A stretch of DNA of 20,000 bases from an uncultured virus (IMG/VR IMGVR_UViG_3300033148_004664) (IMGVR_UViG_3300033148_004664); one strand, 5' to 3'; positions 7,434 to 17,738 are shown, counted from the first letter of the stretch. Notes: generated by a model from the sequence alone, not told the origin. A program made the numbers and translations.

Positions 7434-8948
7434 ATGACACGATACACTGGACCAGGGGTTGAGGTCACAGTACAGGAGAACAAGCGGATTATCAATATAG
7501 CAGAGGATGTCCGTGTTCCTGCTATTCTGGGAATGGGACCATCAAGAATCAATGTTACGGACGAAGCGGTTACGCGCGGTTCTTCTGGTTATACTGACAC
7601 TTTAACCCATACTAATAGCGTGAAAATAGAAAAAATAATGCACACTCCCGGGCTGTCTTCTTCGGACGCAAATTATAGTAATGCGTTGTTTGAGGGGGAC
7701 GGCGTTGATTACACCGATAATGGAGACGGCACTATTACCTGGGAGGCTGGTGCAGAATCCGGTGACGGAAAGGAAATGACAGCGGGAATGGTTTATTATG
7801 TAACGTATTCCTATGCTGTGGATTCAGACCAGTTTGACCCGAAAGTTTTTGTAGATGATGAAGATATTATAAATACTTACGGAGAGGAAACAGCCGACAT
7901 AGCTACTCAAGACTTCGGCCCTTCCGGTTCTACTGTGAGCGGTGTTGTATGCGGTAACCTTACGGTAGCGGGGCGGTTGGCTCTTGAGAACGGTGCACCT
8001 AAAGTGTATTTGTGCCAAGTTGATTCTGGATCTACGTTTAATGCGGCACGTTATAAAGATAGTTTAGAGAAACTTGAAAAATTAATAAACGTGGGAAAGG
8101 TGATAGCTGTATTCCCATCCGGTGCTGTTTCGCAATCCGATATTGACACGGTTCATGCTTATTTGAAATCCCACTGTGAACGGATGAGTACAGCGGAAAC
8201 GAAACGGGAGCGCGAATGTATTATTGGCGATGCCTATACTGACTTTGCCACTTCCGGCGGGCATAACACTATAGGGGACATTTCTACCGACCCGTCGTTT
8301 ATTTATAAGGCTCAATCATATAACAGCAAACGGGTTATGTATGTTGCGCCTACAAGATTTCAGAGAGTGAACGATCAGGGCACCACTATGACTCTTGACG
8401 GCAATTACCTTGCTTGTGCAGTAGCTGGAAAGATCCTTGCTCAAGATCCAGTTTCAACACCGGTTACCGGAATGACTATCGTCGGCGGAACGATTCCGAA
8501 TGAGTTGTGGTCGGAAGCGGAATTGAACTCGTTAGGTGCTGCGGGGGTTACCGTCATAACGAGTCGTAGTAATTTAATGACGATACGACATGCAATCACT
8601 ACAAATACTGCTTCAGCGGAAACAGTTGAAGACAGTGTCGTACAGATTGAAAATAAAGTAAAGAGAACGATACGGGATCGGTTACGAGATATGTTTATAG
8701 GAAAAGGTATTGTTATCGACGATAACACGATATATAGTGTGAATGCAGCGGTTCGTTCTATTCTTGATGAATTAGTTTTGAGTAACGTGATATACGAATA
8801 CGGTACTGAAAATAATCCGTTGACCGGCGAAACACCTATAACGGCCAAGCAATCAACTACAGAACCAAGACGTATCGACGTAACGTTTTCTTATAAACCG
8901 TTATATCCGTTAGTTTGGATTAAGGTTACGGCTTCGACTTATGTATAA
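7434..8948 (+). CDS. Contractile tail sheath protein
   Basis: N-terminal YTGPGVEV; ALENGAxxV; LACAVAG; ELNSLGAAGVTVI; IRHAITT; C-terminal RRIDVTFSYKPLYPLVWIKV; AGGAGG SD. Confidence 0.93.
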   Translation: MTRYTGPGVEVTVQENKRIINIAEDVRVPAILGMGPSRINVTDEAVTRGSSGYTDTLTHTNSVKIEKIMHTPGLSSSDANYSNALFEGDGVDYTDNGDGTITWEAGAESGDGKEMTAGMVYYVTYSYAVDSDQFDPKVFVDDEDIINTYGEETADIATQDFGPSGSTVSGVVCGNLTVAGRLALENGAPKVYLCQVDSGSTFNAARYKDSLEKLEKLINVGKVIAVFPSGAVSQSDIDTVHAYLKSHCERMSTAETKRERECIIGDAYTDFATSGGHNTIGDISTDPSFIYKAQSYNSKRVMYVAPTRFQRVNDQGTTMTLDGNYLACAVAGKILAQDPVSTPVTGMTIVGGTIPNELWSEAELNSLGAAGVTVITSRSNLMTIRHAITTNTASAETVEDSVVQIENKVKRTIRDRLRDMFIGKGIVIDDNTIYSVNAAVRSILDELVLSNVIYEYGTENNPLTGETPITAKQSTTEPRRIDVTFSYKPLYPLVWIKVTASTYV

Positions 8949-8964
8949 TTAGGAGGTATAAATT

Positions 8965-9420
8965 ATGGGACGTGCACCATTAACAAATAACGAAACTGTT
9001 GTCCATTATCAGTATTTAGTTAAAATAAATGGAAAACCCGTTGGAACTCTACAGCGGTTTAACCCATCTACCGAACGAGATCTTGAACGTGTCAGGGAAA
9101 TTAATAGTAGTATAGATCGTGATGCTGTTGAAATAATACCAGGTAGATCTGCACATCAGATAACGGTAGATAGGCTGGAATTGAATACTAATGCGTTAGC
9201 ACAAGTATTAGGAGACGAAAGTATCGTAAGTATTGCTGATATTCAAGTTCCAATTGACATTGTTGAAATTATGACAAAACCTGATGGAACCACCAGAAAA
9301 ATCCATTACTCAAAATGTTGGCCTAAATCGTACAGTAAAACAATTACAGTGGATACTGTTAGTGTTACAGAATCGGTTACGTTTTGGGTAACTAATATTT
9401 ATTCCGGTGGAAATGATTGA
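8965..9420 (+). CDS. Tail tube protein
   Basis: 151 aa, beta-rich, directly after the sheath; VKINGKPVG, VEIIPG, ITVDR, YSKCWPKSYS, VTESVTF; AGGAGGT SD. Confidence 0.85.
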   Translation: MGRAPLTNNETVVHYQYLVKINGKPVGTLQRFNPSTERDLERVREINSSIDRDAVEIIPGRSAHQITVDRLELNTNALAQVLGDESIVSIADIQVPIDIVEIMTKPDGTTRKIHYSKCWPKSYSKTITVDTVSVTESVTFWVTNIYSGGND

Positions 9421-9454
9421 TAAGTAAGGGACTTACACAAAGGAGAAATAAACA

Positions 9455-10102
9455 ATGTTTACTAAAGATTATTGTGAATTAAACCGAATGTATAAAATAG
9501 GCGATATTGGTCTTGTCAAGGTAAAACCGTTTGAATACTTAGAAAACAGTCCTTGGAAAGACGAAGAATGGGAAATGCGCCTATTGAATGCAGGAGAATT
9601 GCTTGAGGTGATGCAAACTGTTAGATCAATGATTGATCAACAGACTGAAGATGAAAGACAATTACAATTAATTGAAATGTTTATTCGTTCTGTAGTCCGG
9701 CGAAACGGGAGATTACTCGTTTCAGACGCTGATGTAGAACAATACAACAAAGACCATAATCTTGAAGGAGATCGTGCGATAACACGAATGCAACTCGCCC
9801 GATTGGCTGCACGAGAAATTGAACAATATGTACTGAATACATGGAATAATCAATACGCTATTCTATTGAGTAAACAACAGAATCTTATTATGGGGGTGGT
9901 AGTATGTAAGAATTGTGGGCAGATGCACCCACGTGAGACGGAAGGTTTACCGGAAATAGAAAATATAGATGAAGTTCCTTATTGTCCTTCTTGTAAAGAT
10001 GAATATTTGAAGGAACATCCTCAAGATGAAGAGGAAGACAAAGAAGAGGAGCCTTCTACTAAAAAAGAAAGCGTATTAGGCGAAAATATTGAATTGGGTT
10101 GA
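9455..10102 (+). CDS. Putative tail assembly chaperone with C-terminal Zn ribbon (CKNC...CPSC) and acidic tail
   Basis: Position between tube and tape measure; EMRLLNAGE pattern; AAGGAG SD. Confidence 0.55.
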   Translation: MFTKDYCELNRMYKIGDIGLVKVKPFEYLENSPWKDEEWEMRLLNAGELLEVMQTVRSMIDQQTEDERQLQLIEMFIRSVVRRNGRLLVSDADVEQYNKDHNLEGDRAITRMQLARLAAREIEQYVLNTWNNQYAILLSKQQNLIMGVVVCKNCGQMHPRETEGLPEIENIDEVPYCPSCKDEYLKEHPQDEEEDKEEEPSTKKESVLGENIELG

Positions 10103-10106
10103 TGCT

Positions 10107-10724
10107 ATGGATAAGTACTTCTACATAAATGATTATAGAAATGCTATATTCAAAGGAGAATTACCTACTGTAACTGTTTTTCCTTTCAAAAAGTATTATT
10201 ACAGCCCTTATCATGATTATTCCTTCAAGATGACTCTATTGGAGAACGATGAATTTATCTTGAGACAAGATATTCCAAATTCTGTTATTCTATTGAGTGA
10301 ATCTACTGGGGTTGACTTGCAACGATTGCCTTTATTGGTTACATCGTTATTTTTATCTTGTTATATTCAATTGAAATTATCGTGGTATAGAAATGCGTAT
10401 CATATCGAACGGATAGTTAATGAATTTAATTCACAGGTTTTTTGGACTAATTTTAAACACGTTGGAAAATCTATTTTTCCTAATGAACAATTGAATGAAG
10501 TACAGATGTTGTGGATTTATGTCAATGATAAGCGCGATAAGAACGAGGAATATGGACAAACATTTTCTATGTTTGACTACTTATCCGCTATCGTGAACCC
10601 AACTGTGTATTTGGAGTTGAAGAAGAGTCAGAATGCTCGTGAGAATGTCAGCTTTGATGTTATGCATGAAGCTATTAAAACAGGGAATTTAGAAGAGCTC
10701 GATACAATAGATAAAGTTGATTGA
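10107..10724 (+). CDS. Putative second tail assembly chaperone (ATG 10107 preferred over TTG 10089)
   Basis: Position before the tape measure; LNEVQMLWIY and YLSAIVNPxVY helical motifs; ATG 5 nt after the upstream stop. Confidence 0.5.
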   Translation: MDKYFYINDYRNAIFKGELPTVTVFPFKKYYYSPYHDYSFKMTLLENDEFILRQDIPNSVILLSESTGVDLQRLPLLVTSLFLSCYIQLKLSWYRNAYHIERIVNEFNSQVFWTNFKHVGKSIFPNEQLNEVQMLWIYVNDKRDKNEEYGQTFSMFDYLSAIVNPTVYLELKKSQNARENVSFDVMHEAIKTGNLEELDTIDKVD

Positions 10725-10733
10725 GGTTAAGAT

Positions 10734-12266
10734 ATGAATATGGAAGACAGCCCATTAGGGGCCGCCGTAGGGTCTGGTGATATGGGAGGCGGAGGTGCAC
10801 CCGAGGCAAGTAGAGCTGGAGAAATAACATCCAATGTTAAATTCTCGGCGGAAGGGGCGGGATTCGCCGCCGTTGCCGCTTATATTCAAGACATCGGTCA
10901 GATTTTAATGTCAGTAGCTAAAAACCCCGTGTTGGCTTCTATGGCCGGAGGTAGACTCGGTACTACCGTAGAACGATTAGTAAAGCATATTTCTGGTACT
11001 GGTACGGGAGGGTTGTCAGGGGCATTACAATATCTTGGTACTTTTCTTAGACGAGGAAGTTTTTGGGGAGTAACAATAGGTGCGACTATCAGCCAGCTTG
11101 CTCAAATATATAATAGTATATCCGACATACGAAAAGAATGGACGGCTGGTGCTCTTGCTATGCCAGAACGCTTTTTTGATATGAGTGAAATCAATAATAT
11201 GATGACATGGAGAAAGGAGTTAGAAAAACTTTTTAATAAAGATGTATCCGATAACATAGAAAGAATTTATGATGCCATTATGAAATATGAACGAGCATGG
11301 GATGAACTTTTAGGCAATGCTGATAACGTAAGAAAATTAAGTCAACAAGTCGGTGTATTATCTCATGCTCTTGGAGAAGATGTAGTTAATCTTTTAACAC
11401 AGCAATTTAGATCATTAGGCGAAGCTCCCCCATTAGCAATTCAACGAATAGCTCAAATGGCTCTTACAATCTCTCGTTCAAAATACGACGCACAATCTTA
11501 TATAGAAACTATAAATAGATTGCGGGGGGAAACAAGACTTACTGGAGGAACTTTTGAAAGTGCAATGAAAGCAGTTGAGTTATTTTCTGACAAGTTGAAA
11601 ACCGCTGGAGGAATGGCTGCTTGGACTTGGGGGGATTTCTCTACATTTGTAAGTGGAGCGCAAAGAATATTTGGCGGAGGCAAAGGAACATTTAGTCAGC
11701 GTTATTTCTTAGCGCAAGTTGCAAAGCAAAATTTTGAAAATCTACCTGAGAGTGTGCGGGAAGAATTAGATAGAATAGCAGCCGAGAAATTCAAAGGAAG
11801 ACGTTTCAGAGAATTAACTGGGCAAGAGGCCATGCTTGGATTGTTTAATGCTCCACTAAACGTCAGTTCTGCTTTACTCGCCGCGGCGAAAGAACTTCCC
11901 ATGATGCAAGGTTTATGGGGTCCGGTTAGGTGGGAGGCTTTGGGGTTTGATATTATGTCATATAATTTATTAGCTCGTAGACAACAACCTTTACCTGGTG
12001 GGGAAGTTGTTACACCGCGAAAAATTTTAGGAGCAGATTTTTATGATAGTATGGAAAAAGTAACTCAGAAATTGAAATTATCTCAATTTATTACAGACGC
12101 GTCACAGTTTTTCAAAGATATGCGACAGCATTTTACTGTTCAGTTGTTACAAGATACAGGAAATATGACAGGTTACTTAAAACAATTAGGTAAACAACAA
12201 GAAAAAGAAACTACTGGAGTTGTTACACCTCCTGAAATTAATTCGATGTATGTATTACCTTTTTAA
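10734..12266 (+). CDS. Tape-measure-like protein (short, 510 aa)
   Basis: Ala/Gly/Leu-rich, predicted all-helical with hydrophobic segments; canonical slot after the chaperones and before baseplate genes; GAGGT SD. Confidence 0.65.
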   Translation: MNMEDSPLGAAVGSGDMGGGGAPEASRAGEITSNVKFSAEGAGFAAVAAYIQDIGQILMSVAKNPVLASMAGGRLGTTVERLVKHISGTGTGGLSGALQYLGTFLRRGSFWGVTIGATISQLAQIYNSISDIRKEWTAGALAMPERFFDMSEINNMMTWRKELEKLFNKDVSDNIERIYDAIMKYERAWDELLGNADNVRKLSQQVGVLSHALGEDVVNLLTQQFRSLGEAPPLAIQRIAQMALTISRSKYDAQSYIETINRLRGETRLTGGTFESAMKAVELFSDKLKTAGGMAAWTWGDFSTFVSGAQRIFGGGKGTFSQRYFLAQVAKQNFENLPESVREELDRIAAEKFKGRRFRELTGQEAMLGLFNAPLNVSSALLAAAKELPMMQGLWGPVRWEALGFDIMSYNLLARRQQPLPGGEVVTPRKILGADFYDSMEKVTQKLKLSQFITDASQFFKDMRQHFTVQLLQDTGNMTGYLKQLGKQQEKETTGVVTPPEINSMYVLPF

Positions 12267-12278
12267 AGAGGTTCTATA

Positions 12279-13229
12279 ATGTCTGTTGTTACTAAAGAAA
12301 TAATGTATTTATTCAAAATACCTTATAGATCTGCGATAAGTACAAGCAGTAGTAGAATAAATATACCTAAAAGTAAGATAATCACGGAAATAGATGTAGC
12401 AGATCAAAACAATGTAAATGAATTCAATGTAAGAACTGTATCTATAAAGGAAGAAGATTTAGTTGCGACAAGTGATTCTGTTCAGGAGGTAACTGATAAG
12501 TTGTCTCCATTGGTATATCGTCAATATATAGTTGAACGACTTGAGCCATTTGAAGAACAACCCGATTATTTAGATGCAAATTATAATTATAATTATAAAA
12601 CGTTATATTTCACTTATGATAGGAAATATGACGCTTACTACACTGATTTTGTTTATGAATGGGATGATGCACGTTATGAATTCAACAAAAAAACCGGACC
12701 GTTTTTCGTATTGCCAGAAAGTGATATTACCGCTTACGTCAATCAACCAATTGAAATAACAGAATCGTTTCGTTTTCATATAAATCCGCAAAATGTTGTT
12801 GTGTCGGATACTAAAATATCAACTAAAAATTTAACATCTTTTGGTTGGTCTGTTCAACATTGGGGGAATGACATGACATCTATTGATGTCAAAGGACAAA
12901 CTCGTTCTATGTACCCTGCTAATACATATGATATAACTACAGCTACACCGTTTCAGACACATCCGATGTTGGAGACAGAGGCTTATAAAAATCTAAAAAC
13001 CTTAAGGGGTTGGTATAGAGAACAGAATGAATGGCGAAACCCTGTACAACCTTCTTATTTAATAGGATTTTATTATAAAAATACTGTATATATAGGATAT
13101 TTCGAGAATTTTTCAATCACCGATTCGGCAGATAGGCCGTTTGTTTTAGAATATTCATTCAGATTTCTTGCGTTTCAAGAGTACGGGAAAGACTATGATT
13201 TAATGAAGCAGTTTAACTTAAAGGGGTAA
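12279..13229 (+). CDS. Tail tube initiator / baseplate-tube junction protein (T4 gp48/gp54-like fold)
   Basis: C-terminal FxINPQNVVV...TxxGWxVQHWGNDxxxIxVxGQT...YIGYFENFSITDSADRPFVLEYSFRF tube-like motif; follows the tape measure. Confidence 0.68.
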   Translation: MSVVTKEIMYLFKIPYRSAISTSSSRINIPKSKIITEIDVADQNNVNEFNVRTVSIKEEDLVATSDSVQEVTDKLSPLVYRQYIVERLEPFEEQPDYLDANYNYNYKTLYFTYDRKYDAYYTDFVYEWDDARYEFNKKTGPFFVLPESDITAYVNQPIEITESFRFHINPQNVVVSDTKISTKNLTSFGWSVQHWGNDMTSIDVKGQTRSMYPANTYDITTATPFQTHPMLETEAYKNLKTLRGWYREQNEWRNPVQPSYLIGFYYKNTVYIGYFENFSITDSADRPFVLEYSFRFLAFQEYGKDYDLMKQFNLKG

Positions 13230-15817
13230 TGATGAATTTACCAGTTAAACATACACAAGCATGGGCACGAGTATTTTTCTACTCGCCGAGAAACCTATAT
13301 GACTTACGAGATTATAGCAAAAATGATATTCTTTTTGTACAAGCAGACGACATAATAAATATAAATGTTACTACTACCGTAACTGATTCCGCGGGAACAT
13401 TTTCTATTACAATATCTAATACAAATCAACGTTACTTAGTTGACGATGATATAGAAAAATCATTAGAGTATTTAAATGACGTAGAAGAAAGTTATAAAGC
13501 TAAAGTTCCTGATGACATGGTAATTGCCGGAACCGAAAGACAAAAAATCGTTGATACTAATCCACGTAATTTTACTTATTATAAAAATGAAGATGCATTT
13601 TTGAACTTTGCTTATGAAACTGTTATTATTAATGAAAAACGATATAGGGTTTATTATGAAATAACACCAAATGACATAGAAAACGATCAAAGCGGGGATA
13701 CGAGAATACATAGATGGTTTTTTGAACCTAAAATGGATCCAGACACGGGAACATATAAAGATACAGCAGTATTTATTACTTGTACCAAAAATGATGATGG
13801 AACATATACATATACGAGAGATGATACCGGAGAAGAACTTATAGTTGAGCGACATACAAACAAAGAATTTTACACAAAGTACAAAGGACAAATAAAAAAG
13901 ACACGATTGAAAATTAAACCAATGGATCATGTTTTTATATTTATGGCTACTTCCACTAATAATGATCAGAAACCTATCTTTTATCGTGTTTTCACAGGCG
14001 TTGTAAATCGTGTTTCAAGAGATAAAACGAATGTAGATAATATAACTGTTAGCGGAGAAGATATAACTAAATATTTAAGATTATCGGTATTTGCTGAGAA
14101 TCCTGCTATATTTAGTTCAAAATTATTAAAGGCATATAAAGAACCTGATAAGAATTTTCTCATGAGTAAGGTGTATTCAAACAAGACAGCAGCGGAAATT
14201 GTGAAAGAGATGGTACTTGGTGTAGTTGCGGGTATGAGTTCTACTGTAGATGAAGGATCAGCAATTCATAAAGCAAATGTTTACACCGATGGTGGAACTA
14301 CAAACGCAAACTCTATGAAGGAAACGGATATAGTTACATATACAGAAGAAGAATTAACTGATTCAAGTGTAGCTCAACAAATGTTTTTTACAGCGGGGAA
14401 AATCAAAATACAGGAACCAAGTGACACTATTCTTAGGAATATGGATCATTATAAACCTTATACCACGATTTACGGAGGTAATGTACCAGATTTACAAACT
14501 GAATATAGAGACCGTCGCCAAATTTGTCAGGAAATCGCAAAAATTATGGATTTTGAATTTTTTGCGGATCCTGATGGGGTTATTCATTTCAAACAACCGA
14601 ATTACGACAATTACCATATTTTAAATTCAGAACATCCAGAGTGGTATATAATTGATTCTGAGTCTATGAGGAGCTTTTCTATAAGTGAGGACGACAGTCA
14701 ATTAATAACTTTTATTCGTGTAACTGGAGCAGAAGATATTATCGGTACTGCTGAACTACTCGGAATGTATGCGGAAGCAATAAATTACAGTCTTGTAGAC
14801 ACTTATGGAATAAGAATTTATGATGTAACAAGTCCATTAGTATCTAAGCCGGAAGATTGTAAGTTATATGCTAAATCTATAATGCGCCGTATAAATTCCG
14901 ACTTAGTCTCAGCACAGGTGGATATTGATTTACGACCTCAGTTACGAGCAGGGTATCCCGTTTATATACCGGAATTGAATAGAATATTTTACGTAAAAGA
15001 AGTTACACACAACTTTAATTATGGAGGGGATTGTAAAACTTCGTTGGGGTTGTCTTACGGCCGTGTACCTTGGGATGTATTGCCGGAATTGTTAACGTAC
15101 TACAATGATAAATTTGGAATAAGCGAGCCTTATGAGAACAAAAATTCGTTGAAATTTAAAGATGCTATAACAACTAAAGATACTACAGACGAAAGAGATG
15201 AACAGAAAAAGCGGTATAATAGTGACATTAATTATATAATAGTACACCATTTAGGACATAGTTTAAAAGGAAGAACTTTTGATTTTATAATAAAACCAGA
15301 AGGTATATATACGACTCAACAATGGGCTTCACGATTAAATAGCGAGGTACCATTTTCATATCGTCATCTTTTTCATAAAACACATTTAATGCCTCACGAT
15401 TTAACCGTAGATTTTGGACCGATAGACGATTATGGTTTGTGTGCGAAAAACACTATGCATATTTGTTTATGGGAAAATTTTACTGATAATATTGGTTCAG
15501 GTAACTGTCGTAGAATAATGGTCAATTTAGTTGCATTTTTCAAATACTTATTACTTGCTGTGTTTAACAGTAATAGCAGTGCTGGTTATTCTACATTAGA
15601 AGCACTTGAAGACCCAGAACATATGATGACAGTGATTAAATCACATGGAGATTTCATATCTAATGCTTGTACAGTAGGGTGTTGTGGAAGACTTGTTACT
15701 ACAAATAAACAAACAAAATTGACTAAACGTGATATGAGTATAGAAACATTGTTCAAATACGCAATTGATTCGTATCAATATATTATTAAACATGGATTAC
15801 AAAAGCAATTGAAGTAA
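13229..15817 (+). CDS. Baseplate hub protein (gp27/gpD-like) with a C-terminal Amidase_2-like domain
   Basis: AGTFSITISN, IKPMDHVFIFM, VFTGVVNRVS, ITVSGEDITKYL, FEFFADPDGVIHFKQP, YGIR, LRPQLRAGYPVYI and FYVKEVTHNF...TSLGLSYGR hub motifs; amidase-like motifs after about nt 15225. Confidence 0.82.
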   Translation: MMNLPVKHTQAWARVFFYSPRNLYDLRDYSKNDILFVQADDIININVTTTVTDSAGTFSITISNTNQRYLVDDDIEKSLEYLNDVEESYKAKVPDDMVIAGTERQKIVDTNPRNFTYYKNEDAFLNFAYETVIINEKRYRVYYEITPNDIENDQSGDTRIHRWFFEPKMDPDTGTYKDTAVFITCTKNDDGTYTYTRDDTGEELIVERHTNKEFYTKYKGQIKKTRLKIKPMDHVFIFMATSTNNDQKPIFYRVFTGVVNRVSRDKTNVDNITVSGEDITKYLRLSVFAENPAIFSSKLLKAYKEPDKNFLMSKVYSNKTAAEIVKEMVLGVVAGMSSTVDEGSAIHKANVYTDGGTTNANSMKETDIVTYTEEELTDSSVAQQMFFTAGKIKIQEPSDTILRNMDHYKPYTTIYGGNVPDLQTEYRDRRQICQEIAKIMDFEFFADPDGVIHFKQPNYDNYHILNSEHPEWYIIDSESMRSFSISEDDSQLITFIRVTGAEDIIGTAELLGMYAEAINYSLVDTYGIRIYDVTSPLVSKPEDCKLYAKSIMRRINSDLVSAQVDIDLRPQLRAGYPVYIPELNRIFYVKEVTHNFNYGGDCKTSLGLSYGRVPWDVLPELLTYYNDKFGISEPYENKNSLKFKDAITTKDTTDERDEQKKRYNSDINYIIVHHLGHSLKGRTFDFIIKPEGIYTTQQWASRLNSEVPFSYRHLFHKTHLMPHDLTVDFGPIDDYGLCAKNTMHICLWENFTDNIGSGNCRRIMVNLVAFFKYLLLAVFNSNSSAGYSTLEALEDPEHMMTVIKSHGDFISNACTVGCCGRLVTTNKQTKLTKRDMSIETLFKYAIDSYQYIIKHGLQKQLK

Positions 15818-15829
15818 AGGAGACATGAT

Positions 15830-16882
15830 ATGAAAACGTTAGGTGGCAGAGTAAGAAAATACATGGAGCCGAGGTTTCAACGGACGAATGTGAATAAAAA
15901 TAGAGGTTTACGTCGTGCCAAAATTACTGCTGTTCATATTGATGGAGACTATGCTGGCACTGTAGATATACAATTTCTTGACGGTCCAGGAATAAGAAGA
16001 AACGTGTTAGTATCACAAGGTTCTCCTAATAATTATAATTTACCTTCTGTCGGGGATGTTTGCGTAGTCGGTTTTGATGTCTACGATTTACCTTATATCC
16101 TTTCATATTTACCAGTAGGGATAAAAAAGCGACTCGAAGTAAATGAAGAAGGGGGACGAGAACTTCGAGCTTTACACGCAGGTGAAAAATGTATCAAGGG
16201 GCCGATGGGACAGGAAATATACATGGATGATGAAGGAAATATAATTATTGATAACGGGAGAGGAGGACAAATTAAATTTGATACGAAAAACAATACTGTT
16301 AAAGTCGATGATATGAATTTCAACGTAGTTACGGAAGCTGGCTTATTGTCATTTGGCGTAGCAAGTCGCTCATATACAGATCCGGTTACGGGGGAAGTAA
16401 CAACGAGGTTATATACGACGAATGGAACGCCGGTAAACTCCAGCAATGATACTGTAGCAACAGAATTCGTGCTTAAAGTCGTTCCTTACGCAGATAATGA
16501 TCCTACTACGGATCCTAATATAAATAATCCTATAGCAGAATTCAGAATGGGTAATGACGTATCAGAACAAGGACAACCACAATCTCCTTGGCACTGTTAT
16601 CTGAAGGTAAATGATTCTGAAGGTAATGAAAAAGCGTTAGTGGCATTAAGTAAAAACGGACAGGTATTGATAAAAGCCGATGCTATAGGTCTCGGCACAT
16701 TAGATGAAGACTTTCCTGCGGTATTAGGTAATAAACTGAAACAAATTTTAGATGTGATAAAGGAGACAATAAGGAACCATACACATCAATCAAATAATAT
16801 GCCACCTGATGCCAATACAATATCACGAATATCGACAATAAACACTAATGAAATACTATCAAAGATAGTGAGGACACGATAA
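15830..16882 (+). CDS. Baseplate central spike (gp5/gpV/gp138-like)
   Basis: N-terminal OB-fold (AKITAV...GTVDIQF...LPSVGDVCVVGF), beta-repeat stalk, C-terminal PAVLGNKL...NHTH HxH metal-binding tip; AAGGAG SD. Confidence 0.85.
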   Translation: MKTLGGRVRKYMEPRFQRTNVNKNRGLRRAKITAVHIDGDYAGTVDIQFLDGPGIRRNVLVSQGSPNNYNLPSVGDVCVVGFDVYDLPYILSYLPVGIKKRLEVNEEGGRELRALHAGEKCIKGPMGQEIYMDDEGNIIIDNGRGGQIKFDTKNNTVKVDDMNFNVVTEAGLLSFGVASRSYTDPVTGEVTTRLYTTNGTPVNSSNDTVATEFVLKVVPYADNDPTTDPNINNPIAEFRMGNDVSEQGQPQSPWHCYLKVNDSEGNEKALVALSKNGQVLIKADAIGLGTLDEDFPAVLGNKLKQILDVIKETIRNHTHQSNNMPPDANTISRISTINTNEILSKIVRTR

Positions 16883-17733
16883 TGAGTGTACGTAAAGACA
16901 TAGCCGATTCCATTGCAAGTAAAACAGGATTAAGCTCTGGATGCATTTTAGTATTGAGTGATATTCCACCTCCTGTTCGAGCACGATTGCGTATATATTT
17001 GAATACTGCTATCGCGCGTGCAAGAAGTATATTGTCAACCGCTGTATTTGAACAAACCCGCGGAACAGTAGCGGAACAAAGGTTGAATTCTGAAATAGGG
17101 GTAATTAATAGTAAATTAAATGAATTCAATAGAATATTTCGTATGATACCGTGGGAATGGTATGCGAAAAAATGTAGTCCATTGGCGTCTTTATTTGACA
17201 AGTTACGTGGAATGACGTTGACAGGAGCGGAAAAATTGACGAATGCTTTACCATTCTTATCAACGACACGTATTGATTCTTACGACGATTTATTACGGAG
17301 AAAGGCGGAACTTGAGTACAGAGTACAACAAATGATAAGCATGAAAACTTACGCCGCTAAAGTCGTAAATATAATGAATGATAGAATAATTGAATTCCAG
17401 CGATGGATAAATGCGATTGATCTTTTGGCGGGAACAACTTCTTCAGCTTATAGATTTTCTGGAGAAATCTATCCTATTACAGACAATTCTATAGGGTGGT
17501 CTGCGGGTACTCTTGAAGTGAACGATGAATCGTATGAAGTTTCGGAAGGAACAATAGAGAATCTGTCGTATGATACAACGTATTATTTATACTTCGATAC
17601 GAAAGGTGCAGGCACTTTTGAAGTTACTACAGGAATGTTTGAAGCACAGAGCGGAGATAACATCCGTATAGCACAAGTAGTTGTTTCTTCTGGTAAATAC
17701 CCGACAATGACATATTATAGCAAGGTTGGTTGA
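16882..17733 (+). CDS. Hypothetical baseplate-region protein (helical N-part, about 95-aa beta C-domain)
   Basis: TAATG overlap with the spike gene; located between spike and gp25-like genes. Confidence 0.7.
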   Translation: MSVRKDIADSIASKTGLSSGCILVLSDIPPPVRARLRIYLNTAIARARSILSTAVFEQTRGTVAEQRLNSEIGVINSKLNEFNRIFRMIPWEWYAKKCSPLASLFDKLRGMTLTGAEKLTNALPFLSTTRIDSYDDLLRRKAELEYRVQQMISMKTYAAKVVNIMNDRIIEFQRWINAIDLLAGTTSSAYRFSGEIYPITDNSIGWSAGTLEVNDESYEVSEGTIENLSYDTTYYLYFDTKGAGTFEVTTGMFEAQSGDNIRIAQVVVSSGKYPTMTYYSKVG

Positions 17734-17738
17734 TTAAT

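Noticed and set aside
9421..9436. Short hairpin GTAAG-GGA-CTTAC after the tube gene as a terminator
   Set aside because: Only a 5-bp weak stem and no U-tract.
10058..10109. Programmed frameshift joining the two chaperone ORFs (AAAAAAG at 10061-10067)
   Set aside because: The downstream ORF is in the +1/-2 frame, the heptamer is not phased as X XXY YYZ, and the downstream frame has a TAG at 10077-10079 after it. An independent ATG at 10107 explains the ORF.
12579..12596. (AATTAT)3 tandem repeat / short palindrome
   Set aside because: Encodes NYNYNY in frame; low complexity with no evidence of function.
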